DNA from: Vezdaea acicularis
Taxonomy: Eukaryota
Reading direction: 5' to 3'
Assembly: GCA_026025075.1 (NCBI GenBank)
Contig: JAPEUI010000096.1
Location: 1-63,532 of the forward strand
DNA: 63,532 bases
The notes beneath the pieces are model-generated. The model was not told where the DNA came from, made no database searches, and saw only the letters and a list, made by a program, of their open reading frames with translations. The translations under genes were made by a program, and so were the position numbers. Positions 35,959-50,303 of the stretch are shown in pieces; the stretch's first letter is position 1; every line of letters starts with the position of its first letter.

Positions 35959-38900
35959 ATTCAGGCCTTCAGGACTTGACTGACTAGAGGAAATGAGGGG
36001 GTGTTGTTCCGTAATACAATAGCTAGTTGATCGCGGTAGCTATTGTTCCCGGAGGACGATGATCGCGTCGCGCCGGCAGTGGTGAGGACAGGTGAGACAT
36101 GCAAACGCTGAGGCTAGAAAATATCGGGGTTTTGTCGATTCCTCCGATTCTAGGAGGTCTGAAGACTTAGGTCACGTAGTAAGGCAGATCGAGTTCGTCA
36201 TGACGCAGCAGCAATGGTGGATAAGACAGGCGGGACTCCAGAAAATTGATAGGTAAGGGGGGGCGTCGAAGTTGATAAAAGAACTCGTCCCTATCGACAA
36301 AAGCATCGAGAGCACTAGATAGAGATCTGACGGAGCCGAAGGGGTTTGGATCCGGCGGATATGTCTATGAGCTTAACAGAGTGGTCGGCAGGGAGCAACG
36401 CTCGGCCCAGCTGCCAGGTACCCATGGCAGTACAACGTGCGATGCTCGTTCCAATATGCTCGCCCCCGTTGGAATGTGCAACGTGAAGGAGGGACGTCGG
36501 CAGGGGATAGGTGGAGGGGGTTACGATGGAGAGAAGGATGGGAGAAGGTGGATGGTGGGGCTGGTGCGTGGGCGGAACGAATGCAGAGGCGGAAGTCGCC
36601 AGTCGACCGGGGCAGCGCGAACAGGGGTGGAGCTTAGCGTCGGCGTGGGCAGGGCGAGCGCGCGGCGGAGGGTGGCCAGAAAAGCCCCGAACTCCGCTTG
36701 GAGCGGACTGATTCGCGCAGAGGCTGAAATTCCGTGGTGGAGCGGCAAGCCAGGGCCGGCCACTCCTCCCCAACATCGGCCACATCTTTTCCCTCGACGT
36801 GCGCCGCTTGGGTGTCTCACAGCGCCAAAGACGGCCACTCAGGGTCCACGAACGCGCTTTCCATGCCCAGGTCGAGATCCGTAGCCCCAGACCCATATCC
36901 GCCCATGTCCTCCAGTCATTCGCGATATGCGCTTTGACGTATCGCATACCTCTGCGCGCTCGACAGTACGCCGTCGTGCGACGGCGCGTCTCCCGCAGAT
37001 AATGCATCTCGAGAATGCCCAGACGCGCGACGTAACCTTTTGGCTTGCGCAACGTTGCGGCCCGTATGCTCTTACTTTCTGCATCTCCATCCTGCGTAGA
37101 ACAATGCGCTTCCATTAGGAGGATTGGATCAAGGAAGCGGGGAGAGGATGGAAGCGTCGTATATGCCTCAGGCCCCTCCCTGCTTGAGCCTGCGAGCTTG
37201 GCGGGTTCTCCACGCGGGCGTATGTGCAACTCCTGTCGCCATCGCCGTTGCTTTTGTCAAGCCGTACCGAGTACCGAAGGCCCCCCCTGTCAATTCCTGC
37301 TTACTCACCGCGCTGCAGTCCAGAAGCCGATCGGCACAAGAAACCCCACCGATGTCATGCCGACCGCTGTGGGTGAGACGGCGTCTGGCATTGCTTTATC
37401 CCATACGAAAGAAGCACGTCGTCGCCCGCGACCTCTCCCGGAATGCCGTCTCCTCCTCGACGCTCTGCCAGAGCCCATGAGTGAATACGTTTAATGCGAT
37501 TCGACACCCGCCTTGAGCATGAGTCCGGTCAGCTGGAGAGTCTAGGTCAGCTCCAGCTGATCCGCACAGCTCACGTGCGCCTCTGGAGCCTGCGTACAGT
37601 GGTGCAACGGTAAACGGCGAACGGCGCACGGCGAGGAAAGGGTAAGCCACTGCAAAAGCACTTACACAGGCAATCATCCGCCGGGAAGCTCCAGTCGGAG
37701 AAGGTGGCTAGTCCAGTTCGGCTTCGATAGCTGATCGGGCAGGCCACTTGTCGGCTTCTACTTTTTGAGAATTGCTTTGTGTGAGGAATTCCTCGCCTGC
37801 AACATTTCTGAAAAAGGGTTTGATTCGCAGCCGAGCCTCCACGAAGAATTTTGGATCTCGCCAATCAGGAGGCGGCAGACCGAAGCGCCCAGTTTGGGCT
37901 AACAGTCCCTCCACCGACAGCCGATCCGTGCAAATGTCTCCTCGATCCTCGCCCAGATACCCAATAGGGACGCACAACACCCCGAGATGGTGATGAGTCC
38001 GGCGACTGGATGAAATCGTGACCTGGGGATCATAGCTCATTTTCCGTGGCCCTGAAAGCTCACCGTGGATCGCCGCAAGTGGCAGCGGCTGCAAACGTTG
38101 AGCTCGCGATTCGCGCTTGTCATTGATCGCTCATTCATCTAGTCGTAATCTTACCTCTCCTGCTCAACGGAAAGATCCCGAACTATTTTAGTCCTTCACC
38201 GGGTGTCGATCAGGGAGGTATGTCCCCCACAGCAACGCGAATGGACTGATACGATTTCACGAGATTGGTTGCGATCTTGCCACAAGTCGCGCTATGACCA
38301 GTGAAGCGTTCTGTACGAACGCCCACATGGTTGAATCAAACCGCCCATTCAGCTCGACAGTGCCAAGACGGCGGTGCCATCATTGGTAAAAGTTGCTATG
38401 GAGAGAGAAAGGCGATAGTATTTAGGAGCCAAGTTTCAAAGTTCCGGAGCAGTTCCGCAACAATTAGATATCAAACTTCCCCTTAGCTTGTTAGATGCGA
38501 CAATATGACGCATATGATTTAATCTAGATGTTTCCAATAAAAGGCAGATTGCAGTGCCGAATCAAGTGGCAATAGGTGCCCATAGTTCAGGAATTGTTGA
38601 CTGCAATTGAATGGATTTCAAGGGTAGTACTGTTCCTAGCGATCCAGAGGAGACGCCATGTTAGAAAACAACAAGACTTTATTACCGTGCATATTCTGCA
38701 ATCACCGTGCGAGCCCTCTTTATCCTCGGCTGCGTGGTAATGATATTTCTACTCTCGTGGGCTGTGCATACTGCTGTCTGGAAGAAGCGGGCCGTAACAG
38801 GCCATATTATAATTACTCATATATAGCAAGAGTTCCATTGCTAGGTCGATCAGTTTCCCGCTGTCCCTGCAGATGACGTTAGCTTTACATTGGTAGTAAT

Positions 38901-39480
38901 GCGAATCGCATAGGCTAAGAAAAGCACGAGTCTACCAGGCTAGAATAGCTGAGGTGAAGAGATCAGAAGTCCATTAAGATCATCGGAGCCAATTTAAACT
39001 CCTGACATAAGAGGTACCAGAAAAAATTGTAATAGGAATGTATCATCATAGAGCATTCGTGTTAGACTGGAAGAAAACTATTACGTACCTTCGGAGAGCT
39101 TTGATCGAGGTGCGGTGGTTAGCCAACTAAACATCAGGAGTGCTCCATGTTCTGCTAACAGCGAATGGCGATGACTTTTCTTAAGACTTTTGCAATATCG
39201 AGAGAGATCTAGCTATGCTATCAAGAGTTCTTGGACTTGATTAAGGTGTGAAGGTGCCATTTGGGAACGGTCTTGAGCGATATGAGATGAATCATAGAGG
39301 GGGTTAGAGAGCCCTGTAAAGTCTGTGGTTCGTTGTCCGCCTGACTCGAGTCGCCAAAATTTTTGTGAGGGTTCTCGACCTATCACCCACTTTCGCCTAG
39401 CGCAAGAGGCCTCAAACTAAATACAACGACCCGAAGTAAACCCACTTATTGACAACTTCCCCACGACAACTATCGCTAAG

Positions 39481-40201
39481 ATGGGCCGTCTTCACAGCAA
39501 CGGCAAGGGCATTTCTGCCAGTGCTATTCCGTATTCCCGAACACCTCCTGCGTGGCTCAAGACAACCCCCGAGCAAGTCGAAGATCAAATCTGTAAACTC
39601 GCAAAAAAGGGTGCAACGCCGTCACAGATTGGTGTCGTTCTTCGAGACTCGCATGGAATCGCCCAGGTCAAAGTAGTTACAGGTATGCGAAAGCTAGCTA
39701 GCAAACCTTAACCTTTCTACAGCTAACAACGGCGCTCCAGGAAACAAGATACTCCGTATTCTCAAGTCTAATGGTATGATGATTCCCACTTAGCCAGCTA
39801 TGATTTTGGAGCTTGAGGCGGTGGAGCCTGGTTCTCAACGTATTCTACCGCATGAGACATGCAGTATCAATATTGCCTCTAATTGGTCTTATGACTGATA
39901 GAGTGACTCCTCGACAGGCCTTGCCCCGGAAATACCAGAGGACTTGTACATGTTAATCAAGAAGGTATAGCTAACGATCAGCTACGTTTTAATTCCTTAC
40001 AATTGCTCGGTAACTAACAGATCAAAGGCTGTAGCTGTAAGAAAGCATCTTGAGCGAAATAGGAAGGACAAAGACTCTAAATTCCGTCTCATTCTCATCG
40101 AATCCCGAATCCACCGTCTATCTCGATACTACAAGACTGTCGGCGTTCTCCCACCTACCTGGAGATATGAGAGTGCAACTGCGAGCACGATGGTTGCATA
40201 G
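39481..40201 (+). CDS. RPS13: 40S ribosomal protein S13 (uS15); exons 39481-39682, 39741-39773, 39918-39964, 40028-40201
   Basis: [18 protein letters not shown]...[63 protein letters not shown]. Confidence 0.98.
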
Positions 40202-40704
40202 TTTGATGTTTGTGGCGGAAATAGAAGCATGAAGGCGGCTTGTTGGGACAGGAGTTCTCCCAATCAGAAGCATTCACAGGATGTACTTTAGGTAGCTCAA
40301 GTAAAAGTCTCCAGCTATGCACTAGCCCCCAAAAACGAGCAGCATCTAAACTTGAGAATATTTCAGCACTCTGATTGCATTTGCCTCATTCGAACCAATG
40401 ACCGTAAATACGCAAAGTTCAAGGACACCTAAATCTAAGTCTTGATGCAATTGAAATCTCAAGCCTGCCGGTCGAGCAGAAGATCCTCTAATGACTGAGA
40501 ACGAAATATTGCCTTCAGTCAACGCTTCAAAGGGGGTACTCCAAAGCACCCAAAGTAATCCAAGAATGGCTTTCACACGGTGACAATTTTTGGTACCCAG
40601 TGCAAACTCCGAGCAGCGTGTTCTTTGAGGCCACAAACAATGCAGAATTGTAGGCTGAACGCTTCAAATATCTGGAACCCTTCAATGAACTGTAGTTGGT
40701 ATAG

Positions 40705-41205
40705 CTATGTTGTACCTTCAACCTCTCGGCTTTTCTGGAGGAGGAAATCCCCCAAAAATTGCAGTGGGTTGTTAGGCACGGGGCTAAGAAATTTTAGCAG
40801 AGCGTTTTCCTGTCAACTCTACAGCACTTACTCTTGTACCACAAGCTGCTTCATAGCGTCCAGCAGATGAGGCGTCACTTTCTCGTTGACGTACTGCCGG
40901 ACTTGAGATCCATGAAGCACACGAGCTTGTGCAGCTTGTACAGAGCTTACTGCGGTCTCTGCGACTGTTGGTGGAGGATCACCTTGCCCATTTGATACTG
41001 CAGCAGGAGGTTCTGGAGGGGCCTGAGAGGTTTTTAGTATTGTTCTAGTCAATGAGGTGTGTTAGGAACGTACTACAGTCTCGATTGGAGCTCCATCTGG
41101 CATTGTCGTATCGGGTCGGTCATGTGGTATTGTTGCTGGAGGCGGCACTTCAGGTTCTTGACTTTCTGGAGCCATAGATACCTCTGTGTTGATAGTTTCG
41201 TCCAT
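40705..41205 (-). CDS. SDC1: COMPASS subunit Sdc1/Dpy-30, 3 exons
   Basis: GSQVRQYVNEKVTPHLLDAMK...PNNPLQFLGDFLLQKS Dpy-30 motif; ATG at 41205, stop at 40705. Confidence 0.88.
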
Positions 41206-41389
41206 TGTTACTTGTATCAAATTTCTCAAGGGTTGTACTTTAATGATGGGGGAGCTTTCCCACAGTTCGCATTTGATAAGTTATGTTGCGGACCGGAATA
41301 ATTTCTGCTAAGCTCCGATACTTCAGTCTGTTGCCTTGCGACATGCTGCAAATTTGTCGACGCGACGTCATGCAACTCCAAATTCAAAT

Positions 41390-44091
41390 ATGGGCAGGCT
41401 TATCAAGCAGACTCCTTGGACAAACTGTAATGATAATGGGACCGACGTGCCACTTGCTAAAAGACTGAAGAGATCACAGCACACAGATGGTTCAATAACT
41501 CGAAGAACTCCTAGCTCTGAGTTAGAGAACCAAGGATTGCCTATACCAACAGAGTACATTACAGAAATACCAGATTCAGATGTGGACGAAGATAGTAAAG
41601 ATCTCATTTCGGGGCCACCACTCCGGCCGACAGCTTTGGAGAGCGCTTTGGCTCCCGTGACGACGGATAAGGAAGCAATCGCAGAATACGAAGCATCAAG
41701 ACTCGGCGGCGACGCGTTAGGGCTTGAGGACCGACTCGGTCAAAGAAAATGGACTAAGGGCAAGAGTTCTATTTATGTAGACGCCTTTAACTTAGCACTA
41801 GAAACAGTGCTCCAGGACGAAGGCCATTTGTTTGACGAAACTGAGATTGAGGTGTTTCAGCAGTGGCGAAGTCTCGAATATGAAGCACAATACCTGTACG
41901 TTTCCTACCAACAAGTTACTAAACAGGTTGTTCTCCGCCAGTGAGCTGGTTCTCTAGACGTTCCTGCGGAATCAAGATCATCTGACCCGTTCAGAATCCA
42001 GAGGTTGATAACTTGATGTAGTTACGTTCGTCTTTTCCTAAGGAAAACCTCGGCCTGGCATCGCATCAACAAACTGGGCTACTTCAATGATATTGCAGAT
42101 CTCCCTAAAGCCGTGCAAATACTTCAAAATGTTCGACCCCTGCCAGCCTCAACAGCTCCGCTACCAGTGAATCCCGGGGAACTAGAGCCCCCAGTAGGCT
42201 TTACTCTTCGCTCAGAATTCACATTTGCAGACGCCTCAAGTCAAGAGATTACTACTCTTGAAGAAGCTTCATCTTTATTGAGCCTTGAAGAGCTTAAAAC
42301 TCTTGCAAAAGAAGTCAAGGTGCAGGGGAAGAACAAAATAGAATTGCTGAAAGCGTTCCGACGAGCAAGCAGGAGGCAAAGTGGTCTGGATTGGGGACTT
42401 CAACGGACCGAAAGCGAGGAGACTACCGTCTCCACAGATTCTGTCAATGAACAACAAGGGGAAATAGGAATTCGGGAGTCACCTGTCAGAACCAATCGAG
42501 ACGAGCATTTCGTAAGGAAGATCCTTCACCACACTGGTCCCTGTATTCGGCTTTCCTTGGCACCGTTAAAGGTTTTTGAAAGAGTGCATCTTGTGTTTTA
42601 TCGTTCCACAGAGTGGACAGAAAACTCATTGACAACAATCATCCTGGCTCGAATATCTCGCCGTAATTTCCCGGATTATGTTGTCTCCCGCTCCGCCAAT
42701 ATCTTCAAATCTCGGGCCGCGTTGTTAGAATTCGAAGCATCCATTCGTACTCAGTACCGAGTCGATAGCATACTTGAATTTAACGGCAACCCTACTAAAG
42801 AAGGATTGCAAGAAGTCCTAGATATTTTTGAAGAAGTGTATCCAAGGTGGAAAATACTATTGCGGGAAGAACAATTGAAAGAGGACCGTGTGTATGAGAG
42901 TGGAGAGGGTGCCTACCTTCGACGATTTTCGCCTGCTTGGGTCTATACCCGCATTGTCCATAAAGGCGTTTGGGTGTTGGGGCGTTTCAAGATGCACAAA
43001 CGAGAGCATCAGATACACGGAGAATTGCTAGCTCAACATCTATTCCATGCAGCAAGAAGAGGGGCATGGTACCAACGAAAAGCTCTACTTGAGGAACATT
43101 ACATGGCCGCCCTCATACCCCTGGAGGGCAGAGATACTGATGCGCAGAAGAAGCATTGGAAACGAATCGCACTTCGAACTTGTGAGGAAGGTCTTCGGGA
43201 CAAAGACTGTCATGTTATTTATCACTATGATCTGCAGAAACGAATCACGAAGCTTGAGAAAAGCCTAAAAGTTGTCAAAAGAGAGCAGCATGATTTCAGT
43301 CATGCAAGACTAATCAAGCCTACAGAGAGGACTGTAGAAGGTACAAGAATTGAGAGAGCGAGTACGCCTGGCAGTCGGCCCAATGGCGAATCAACGACCT
43401 CTGGCCGTGGAGCCAAGACGATTTGGCGTGACGAGCGGGAAGGAGGAGGGGAGTACGGTGTAGAAGCTATGTGTCTCAGTCACTATAGAAACGAGGGATG
43501 GAAGGGTTATCACGCAGAGGGCGGCATCATCCGAACCCTGGTAGGCCCACCAACAACTCCATCTCTGATCTGTTGCTAATTAGGTTCCAGTTTGCATACC
43601 TCTTTTTTGATATCCTTTTCACCTACATCCCCAATGTATTCCAAACTGCCTACCAAATTTGCCCTCTAGATCTGCATACAGACGCTTTCTACTCGTCCCG
43701 AATATCAGAAATCAACCATAGACTCGTTGAGATTGGTAACGGAGAGGCAGGTCGCCTGGTTCGCGAAGTTCACGCACATCACTCCCAAAAGCAAACCTGT
43801 GTAATTGGTCTAGACTGGTCATACAAGCTTGATGACCTTCTAGAAATAGTGAAATGCTTTGACGGGGTAGCGCTAGCGACCATCTGTCAGGTAATGGCGC
43901 AAGAGTATAGACAAAGGGGTGGCGGGATCCCAGATCTGTTCCTCTGGCATCCAGAGCGCCAAGAAGTCATGTTCTCGGAAGTAAAGTCGGAGAATGACCG
44001 CCTGAGCGATACGCAGCGTCTTTGGATTCATGTGCTTACGGGTGCTGGAATAAAAGTGGAGTTGTGTAACGCGTTAGCTAGGACGAGTTGA
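41390..44091 (+). CDS. FAN1: Fanconi-associated nuclease 1 (VRR-NUC), 3 exons
   Basis: SSIYVDAFNLAL, YVRLFLRK, RRGAWYQRKAL, GWKGYHAEGGI and the PD-(D/E)xK motif GGIPDLFLW...FSEVKSENDRLSDTQRLW. Confidence 0.94.
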
Positions 44092-44469
44092 TTGGCAGCG
44101 CAGATCAAGGAAGATTTTCTCCCCGACCTCTTATCTCCAAGCATTTAGCACAACTCAGATGACTCTTTCCCTGGTTATTGATACGATATTTTGACTTAAA
44201 GCAGCTCCAGTAATCATTGCGACGGCCACAGAGCTTATAATGGAGAACCTACAGAAGGAAAATATGAAACATCGACTGCCATAATTGAAGGAATCGAATC
44301 GGTCAAATCACAGGAACTAATCCACCATCATCGAGAAATTCAGACAGATCGTGGCCAAACACCGCCTTTCAACAAGCGCTGGCCATTCATTCATCAGTCA
44401 CTAGCCATCCACTGGTTCAAATCTTGGCCAAAGCTCATATAGTATCACGCTTAGTTCCAGACGTAGACT

Positions 44470-45814
44470 TCAATTACCAACACCGCTGCCTCCGCTATCA
44501 CCAGCACTACCACTTGATATCTCGACAAGTTCTAAAGCGATCTTTGCGACTGATGCTCCACCCTTAACGATATCGGAGATGTTAACAATATCCAGAATAG
44601 CCCTCCCAACGTGAGGGCGTCTTTCGATGTTCTCTTCCATTACTCCTGAGGCTCGATGAGCTACCGGCGTCGCATGCTTGTAAGGCGAGGCAGAGAAGAC
44701 CCAGAAAAATAATAAGGAGAACAAGAACATTTCACAACTGACTAGAAGATTCTGAAGTCCCTTGTTCAGGTCGTCGGAGCTGGCGGTTGGCGTCGGCTGA
44801 GGCGTCTGTAATGTGCGAAGACGTATGAGGATGGAGTTTTGTACAATGCCAGTAAAGATAAGAGCCTTCAAGGCAACAAATTTTAGGAGAGGTTTATGCG
44901 GTTTAAGCTCCAGCTTTAGGCGCCATTCAAATGCGATTATGGCTATAGCCGCCGTTACGACGCTAAGGCTTGCTACGCCTCTGATGATGAGCTGAGAGAC
45001 TCTACCCTTTGGTGTTCTCGGGCATTCGTACGCCAGCGTTACTTCTGTAGCAACTAATGTCGCAATCATGGCGTACAGAAGCTGGAAGACACAAAACCAA
45101 ATCCCCTATTCGGATTATCAGTACAGGTTTTCACTATCGACTCAAGGAACACAAACTCGAAACCACTTCATACTAGCTTTAGCCAATTGTCCATTCTTCG
45201 ATACGTGGCCCTTTGCCGATAGTTGTTCGAGAACCGCATCTCGTTCGGCGTCTTTGCCTGGCGCTACGTACTGTATAAAGAGCTGGAACAAACTAACGAT
45301 CGCTATGGCTTCAAATAATCTCGGAACGGCTTGAAGGTAGTCGGATGCTTGATAGAAGATAGCGCCAAAGAGACTACACACCGAATAAAAGACTGGAATC
45401 AAGACGATGCGGACAATCCTTCGCACGCATCAGCCACTCGGAGTATTGAGTGTTGAGGATACACCCGATATGCAGAAGAGCTTACAATTTCTGTTCTTTC
45501 GGATTCCTGTAATACTTCAGATGAAGCGCTGCAAGAGTAAGTGATATAAGGCATGCGAAACCAGTGGTTATGGCGCAGACTATGATAAAAATATCATGGA
45601 GACTCAGGCTACCAATGACATTGTGCGTTCCGCCTGCATTCATTGTCAGCCGTTATAACAGTCGCAGTCAAATGTACAAAAAACAGTGCCGGGGCTTCAT
45701 ACCTATGACTATAGGCGCCGCACAGGAGGATTTACTTGCAAGCGGAGGTGCTAACATAGACGCTTGCAATGGAGTTGCCTGCATTGGTCTGGTACGGTCT
45801 ATCTTTGCTACCAT
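44470..45814 (-). CDS. Organic solute transporter Ost-alpha (DUF300/TMEM184) family membrane protein, multi-exon
   Basis: HLKYYRNPKEQK-IVRIVLIPVFY, FEAIAIVSLFQL, HKPLLKFVALKALIF, LVSCEMFLFS and AILDIVNISDI. Start uncertain. Confidence 0.85.
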
Positions 45815-47818
45815 GATGCTGGACAAAGATTCTAGAATTGAGAAAGCGGCAGCGTCTGCGGAGAGAAATCAACAATAGGTTCTGACGGAGCTCAGACTGA
45901 AGCGTTTGATCAGACATTCTGTTAAGGGGCAGATGTGATGCTTGTTTATAAGCGTTTCTAAAATGGGCACAGTACGACCAGCTTTGTCCGCGTCAAACAG
46001 GCTTTCGCCAGTCCAGAGCTCAATCTTACGGCAAGGCATATCTACGAGTCTCCTTGGGCTAACTAACTCCAAGTGAACCGTTCTAACCCTTTCTGATATG
46101 AGGATCTTTTGACGGTCCTCGGTGGCACTCTGCTGCTTCTCTCCGTCACGTCCATCGCCATTGCCTATAGAGATCTGTCTTGCCACATGCCGTCAAGCTG
46201 GAACTTGCGAAGTGATACTATTAACGCGTTGTGACCAGGATTCTCATTCAGATATGCGGCCAGCCCACCAACCCAGAGCGATGCACGAACGGATTGAAGT
46301 TGGATACACCTGAATTAAGCTTCGCGTTTGATGCCCCAGAAGGGTCGTAGCGCCTGACTAGTGGCGCCTGGCGAGCCTATCCGGCCGTAGCGTGCGTCAA
46401 GCTCTTACGCCCACGATGCGCCCGTGTTGTGTCAGCCCTGATCTACACTGACTTCTTGTCAACCTTGCGAAAAGTTCTAGACATGATAACAATCTCCAGA
46501 CCTGATTTATACGTCGGATCGTCCTCGTGTAAAAGCAACGGTCAAGGAGATGTGCATGGCCTTTACCGGCGATACCGTGTGAACGCATCAACGACCACGG
46601 ATAAATTGTGCGAAAACAATTCTCCAGCCACGGGCAACCAATTTCCAGTAATGATCCATGATATTGGGTGATGTTTTTTCATACACGACAGCTCATCCCT
46701 GCTGCTAGGCGGGATATTGAGGATCCATCCGTTGTCGTCCTTTCTAGCACCGACCCTCCTTTGCACAAATTTCATCCTCGCAGTCATCTTCATCTCGTGG
46801 CTTCTCCGAGATTCGCAGATCAGTTTCCGCACAACGGAATTCTTCTGCGAGCTCGTGGACGGCGATCTGCGTCAGCAGTGGACCACCACGATATTTCACG
46901 ATGCCCAATAACAGCACATTCCAGGCGCCGCATTCTATTCTAGAGATCCTACGATGGGATGCCTGGCCTATTGACGCTGGCTCTCGTTTTCTCCACTAGC
47001 ATCGGGTTTGGCTCCCATTCTAAGTCAAAGTCATAGCCACAGTTAAGCCTTTCATGTCAAATTTCCTCTTTTGTCAAATAACAGCTCTGTGTCAAGAATA
47101 TTTACATCCGTGGCCTTCTAATTCGAAGGCTATAGAGCCTTTCCAGGTGTGCGCAAGGCACACTCTATCTTATGATCTGCCAATCATGTTTAAGGAAGTG
47201 GCAAGATTGGAAAATTGACCTTGCCATTTCCTTGCTTCATGTTTCTACATGAGTCTTGAGCCTCAAGTTGCTGCGTTATGTGGCGAGTCGCGGCCGATCA
47301 AATGTGTTCACTTTGCATATTTGTCTTGCGTTTGGCCTCGACACCTGAAGATCTGAATGAGAGTGCCATGGGATCTTCAGGATACTTAAGGTCATACCGG
47401 TCCGTGCCTTTGAGGTGGCACGTTGTTGCCAAAAAAACCGCATGTCAAGGATTCGGCGAGGTACCTGATCACCAAAATTGTGTGGAGGAGTACTTCGCTT
47501 CCCGAGCGAAACCTGCCTCTTTGGCCCGTACAGCGTGCGGCCTAAGTTCTTCCAAGCTCTTATTTCGTACACTGAAAGTGCTCTTCAACCCATTCTCCAA
47601 TTTACAAAAGAGCTAAGTCATTCTGGTGCCGCTATTCTTCCCCTAACACAGCACATTTCTGGTCGGGGCGACTTCAGTCGACTCGCTTGCACGTGCGAGA
47701 ATTTTAAAATCCGCCTCGCTGCAAGTTACAGTACCAGCAAGTCACTTCGACGTTGATATATAGAGATCAGGTTCTATCAGTTGCTCCCTTAAACTCTGTC
47801 TCTTCCTATAATCACGAG

Positions 47819-50303
47819 ATGAAGCTGCGCTATCATCTGTCTCTCCTAGGAGCTGGGGTCGTTCTTGCGTCTCCTGAAGCAAGTAGTATCAACTCTAGCA
47901 TGTCCAGCGCTACAACCGTAAGCGCTGTCAGCGCGAGCGCGAATCCGTGCGCTGTTCTATCGGAGTCTGCCAAGACGTATGCCTCTCAGCACCCTCAAGG
48001 TAGGTCCCTCGAGAAAATCCGAGCAGAAGAGCGATGTTAACTTTCCCCATAGCCACCACCATCCCACTCAAGCCCTCCGAAGTTTACGCTTGCCAACAAG
48101 ACGTACCCTTTAATGAGACTTTAGCGACAGCTCTGCTTGATTGGTTACATAATTTCCTCCAATTTCAAAGCACGTTGGCCTACCTAAAGAAGCCTCCTCC
48201 GGCATATCAACTTCCTGCGGTGGACTTGATTGATGGTTTGAAGGACTTGTCGAACAAAGTATTAACAGGGGATTACAGAAATGAGTACGACTTCGAATAT
48301 GACGTTTACAGTCTCATCAATAGCGCCGCTGATGGCCATTTATCTTATTTTCCATTCGTTGTATTCCTGTTTAGTTTAGACCGAGGAGCTCCTCTGGTAT
48401 CTGTATCCTCGGACGGCGTTCAACTGCCAAAAGTATATTTACTTAGTCAGTCAATTTATCCCAACTGCTCAATTTATAACAGGTTCTCTTTCTAATACCT
48501 GTCCCAGACGATATTCAAGAAGTTTTCGGCAATACTAAGACAAATTACACACCTTCGGCGCTTAAGTCAATCAATGGTCAAGATATTGAGCAACATCTAG
48601 ACGGTATAGCCATAGAAGCGGGGCAGTTTCAAGATCTAGACGCTCAATACAATGCATTGTTCTACAACCCCTCCACAGAACAGTTCGCGCTGTATACAAA
48701 AGGTAGATACAATACAGATCCCGGGTCTCTCTATCACAGCGACTCTGCCATTTACACTTTCGAAAATGGGACAAACATCACGATCCCTATCACAAGTACA
48801 GCACCTGTGGATATACGGTTTGGAAGCGGCCAGGAGCTCTTCACAAAATATCTCATTCCACCTAAAGCAAATTCGTCTTCGGCATCAGCATCGTCTACCG
48901 CATCGGGCACTCCCACTTCATCTTCTGCAACAAGTGTTGCTGCTAGCAGCTCAGCTAGTATTCCAACTGTAACATCAATACCCGGTTATCCCCATGCTGA
49001 AGTGATTACAGATGGGGGCATCGTTTCTGGCTATTTCTTAAATAGCAACAACACAGATGCCGCCGTACTCAGTGTTCCCACCTTCGATGTAACCTCCCAC
49101 GCAATCGATGTAACCTCCCACGCAATGGATTTCCAGCAAGCGGTCCAAAATTTTCTTGCAGATTGTAGATCTGCCGGTAAATCGAAGCTTATCATCGACG
49201 TCCGAGGTAATCCTGGTGGAAGCCCTTATGTTGCGTTTGATCTTTTCAAGCAACTCTTCCCTGACGACACCCCCTACTCCGGGCTACGGATCCGCGACTT
49301 CCCCGTTGCAAATGCTCTTGGACAGGAGGTCTCAAAAATAACCCTTGATGATGCTATGAACGGCGACAATAATACAGCGGATGCGTACCATTCTGTTTAT
49401 AATTATCAAATTTCACTGCAGAAACCGGACGGCGCAAACTTCACCTCATGGCAACAGCTCTACGGACCGAACCAAATATATGGCGACTCTTTTTCAGCCA
49501 TTCACTCTTGGTCCTTTTCTAACGCAATCCTTGACATCGTGCTTAATGATATCGTCGTCAGCGGATACGCGAACAACACTAACATCGCCCCAGCGGCCTT
49601 TGCCAGTGAGAACATCACTCTAGTGAGTAACACTCAACTTCACTTTCCTTACTTGGCACCAAAGCTAGAGCTCAAACTAATTCCTTCACAGCTGACAGAT
49701 GGCCGATGCTCATCTACATGTGCGCTTTTCTCCAATTTACTTGTCAGACAAGGCAAAGTCAAGACTGTCACTGCCGGTGGCCGTCCCAACAAGCAGCCTA
49801 TGGCCGCCATTGGCGGCACCCAAGGTGGCGAATTCGTAACATTCGACCTCATCGCCAGCATCGCAAATGCCGCTCTCGAAGTTGCAAAAAACAGCAGCAA
49901 TTCGTCCGAATTACCCAGTGTCTCGTCTCTCCTCGGTCCACTGATCCTCCCGCCGCCGATCTTGCCCCACGGGGGCCTCAGTGCACAAGGACTCAACCTC
50001 CGCGACAATATCGCACAAGACGACTCCACTCAGACGCCTCTACAGTTCACATATACCCCCGCCGACTGTCGCATTTTCTACACGCCGGCCGATATACTCG
50101 ACGTTAGCAACACCTGGCTGCGCGTGGCTAATGGCGGACTAGGCCTCTGCCTCAATACAACCACTCCTCCCACCACCATGGTCAGTACAACAACCGCTAC
50201 CCCGACCGCGAGCGCCACTCGGTTCCTAAGCGGCGCAGGTAGCCTACGCCTTCGATGGGGAGCTCTGTTCCTTGCTCCTGTGATCTATTTTGTAGCCATG
50301 TAA
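47819..50303 (+). CDS. Secreted, probably GPI-anchored S41 (tail-specific/CPAF-like) peptidase, multi-exon
   Basis: Signal peptide, QFQSTLAYLKKPP, DGHL, LIIDVRGNPGG, LTDGRCSSTCALF, GGRP, GGTQG, ADCRIFYT, a Thr-rich stalk and a hydrophobic C-terminus. Confidence 0.9.
49084..49125 (+). repeat. Perfect 21-bp in-frame tandem duplication inside the S41 peptidase
   Basis: TCGATGTAACCTCCCACGCAA occurs twice, giving DVTSHA-I-DVTSHA. Confidence 0.95.

Noticed and set aside
36315..38094. Long overlapping ORFs (up to 304 aa) upstream of the GPCR
   Set aside because: GC-rich, Arg/Pro/Ser-biased translations on both strands with no recognisable motif; best explained as a long promoter or 5' leader.
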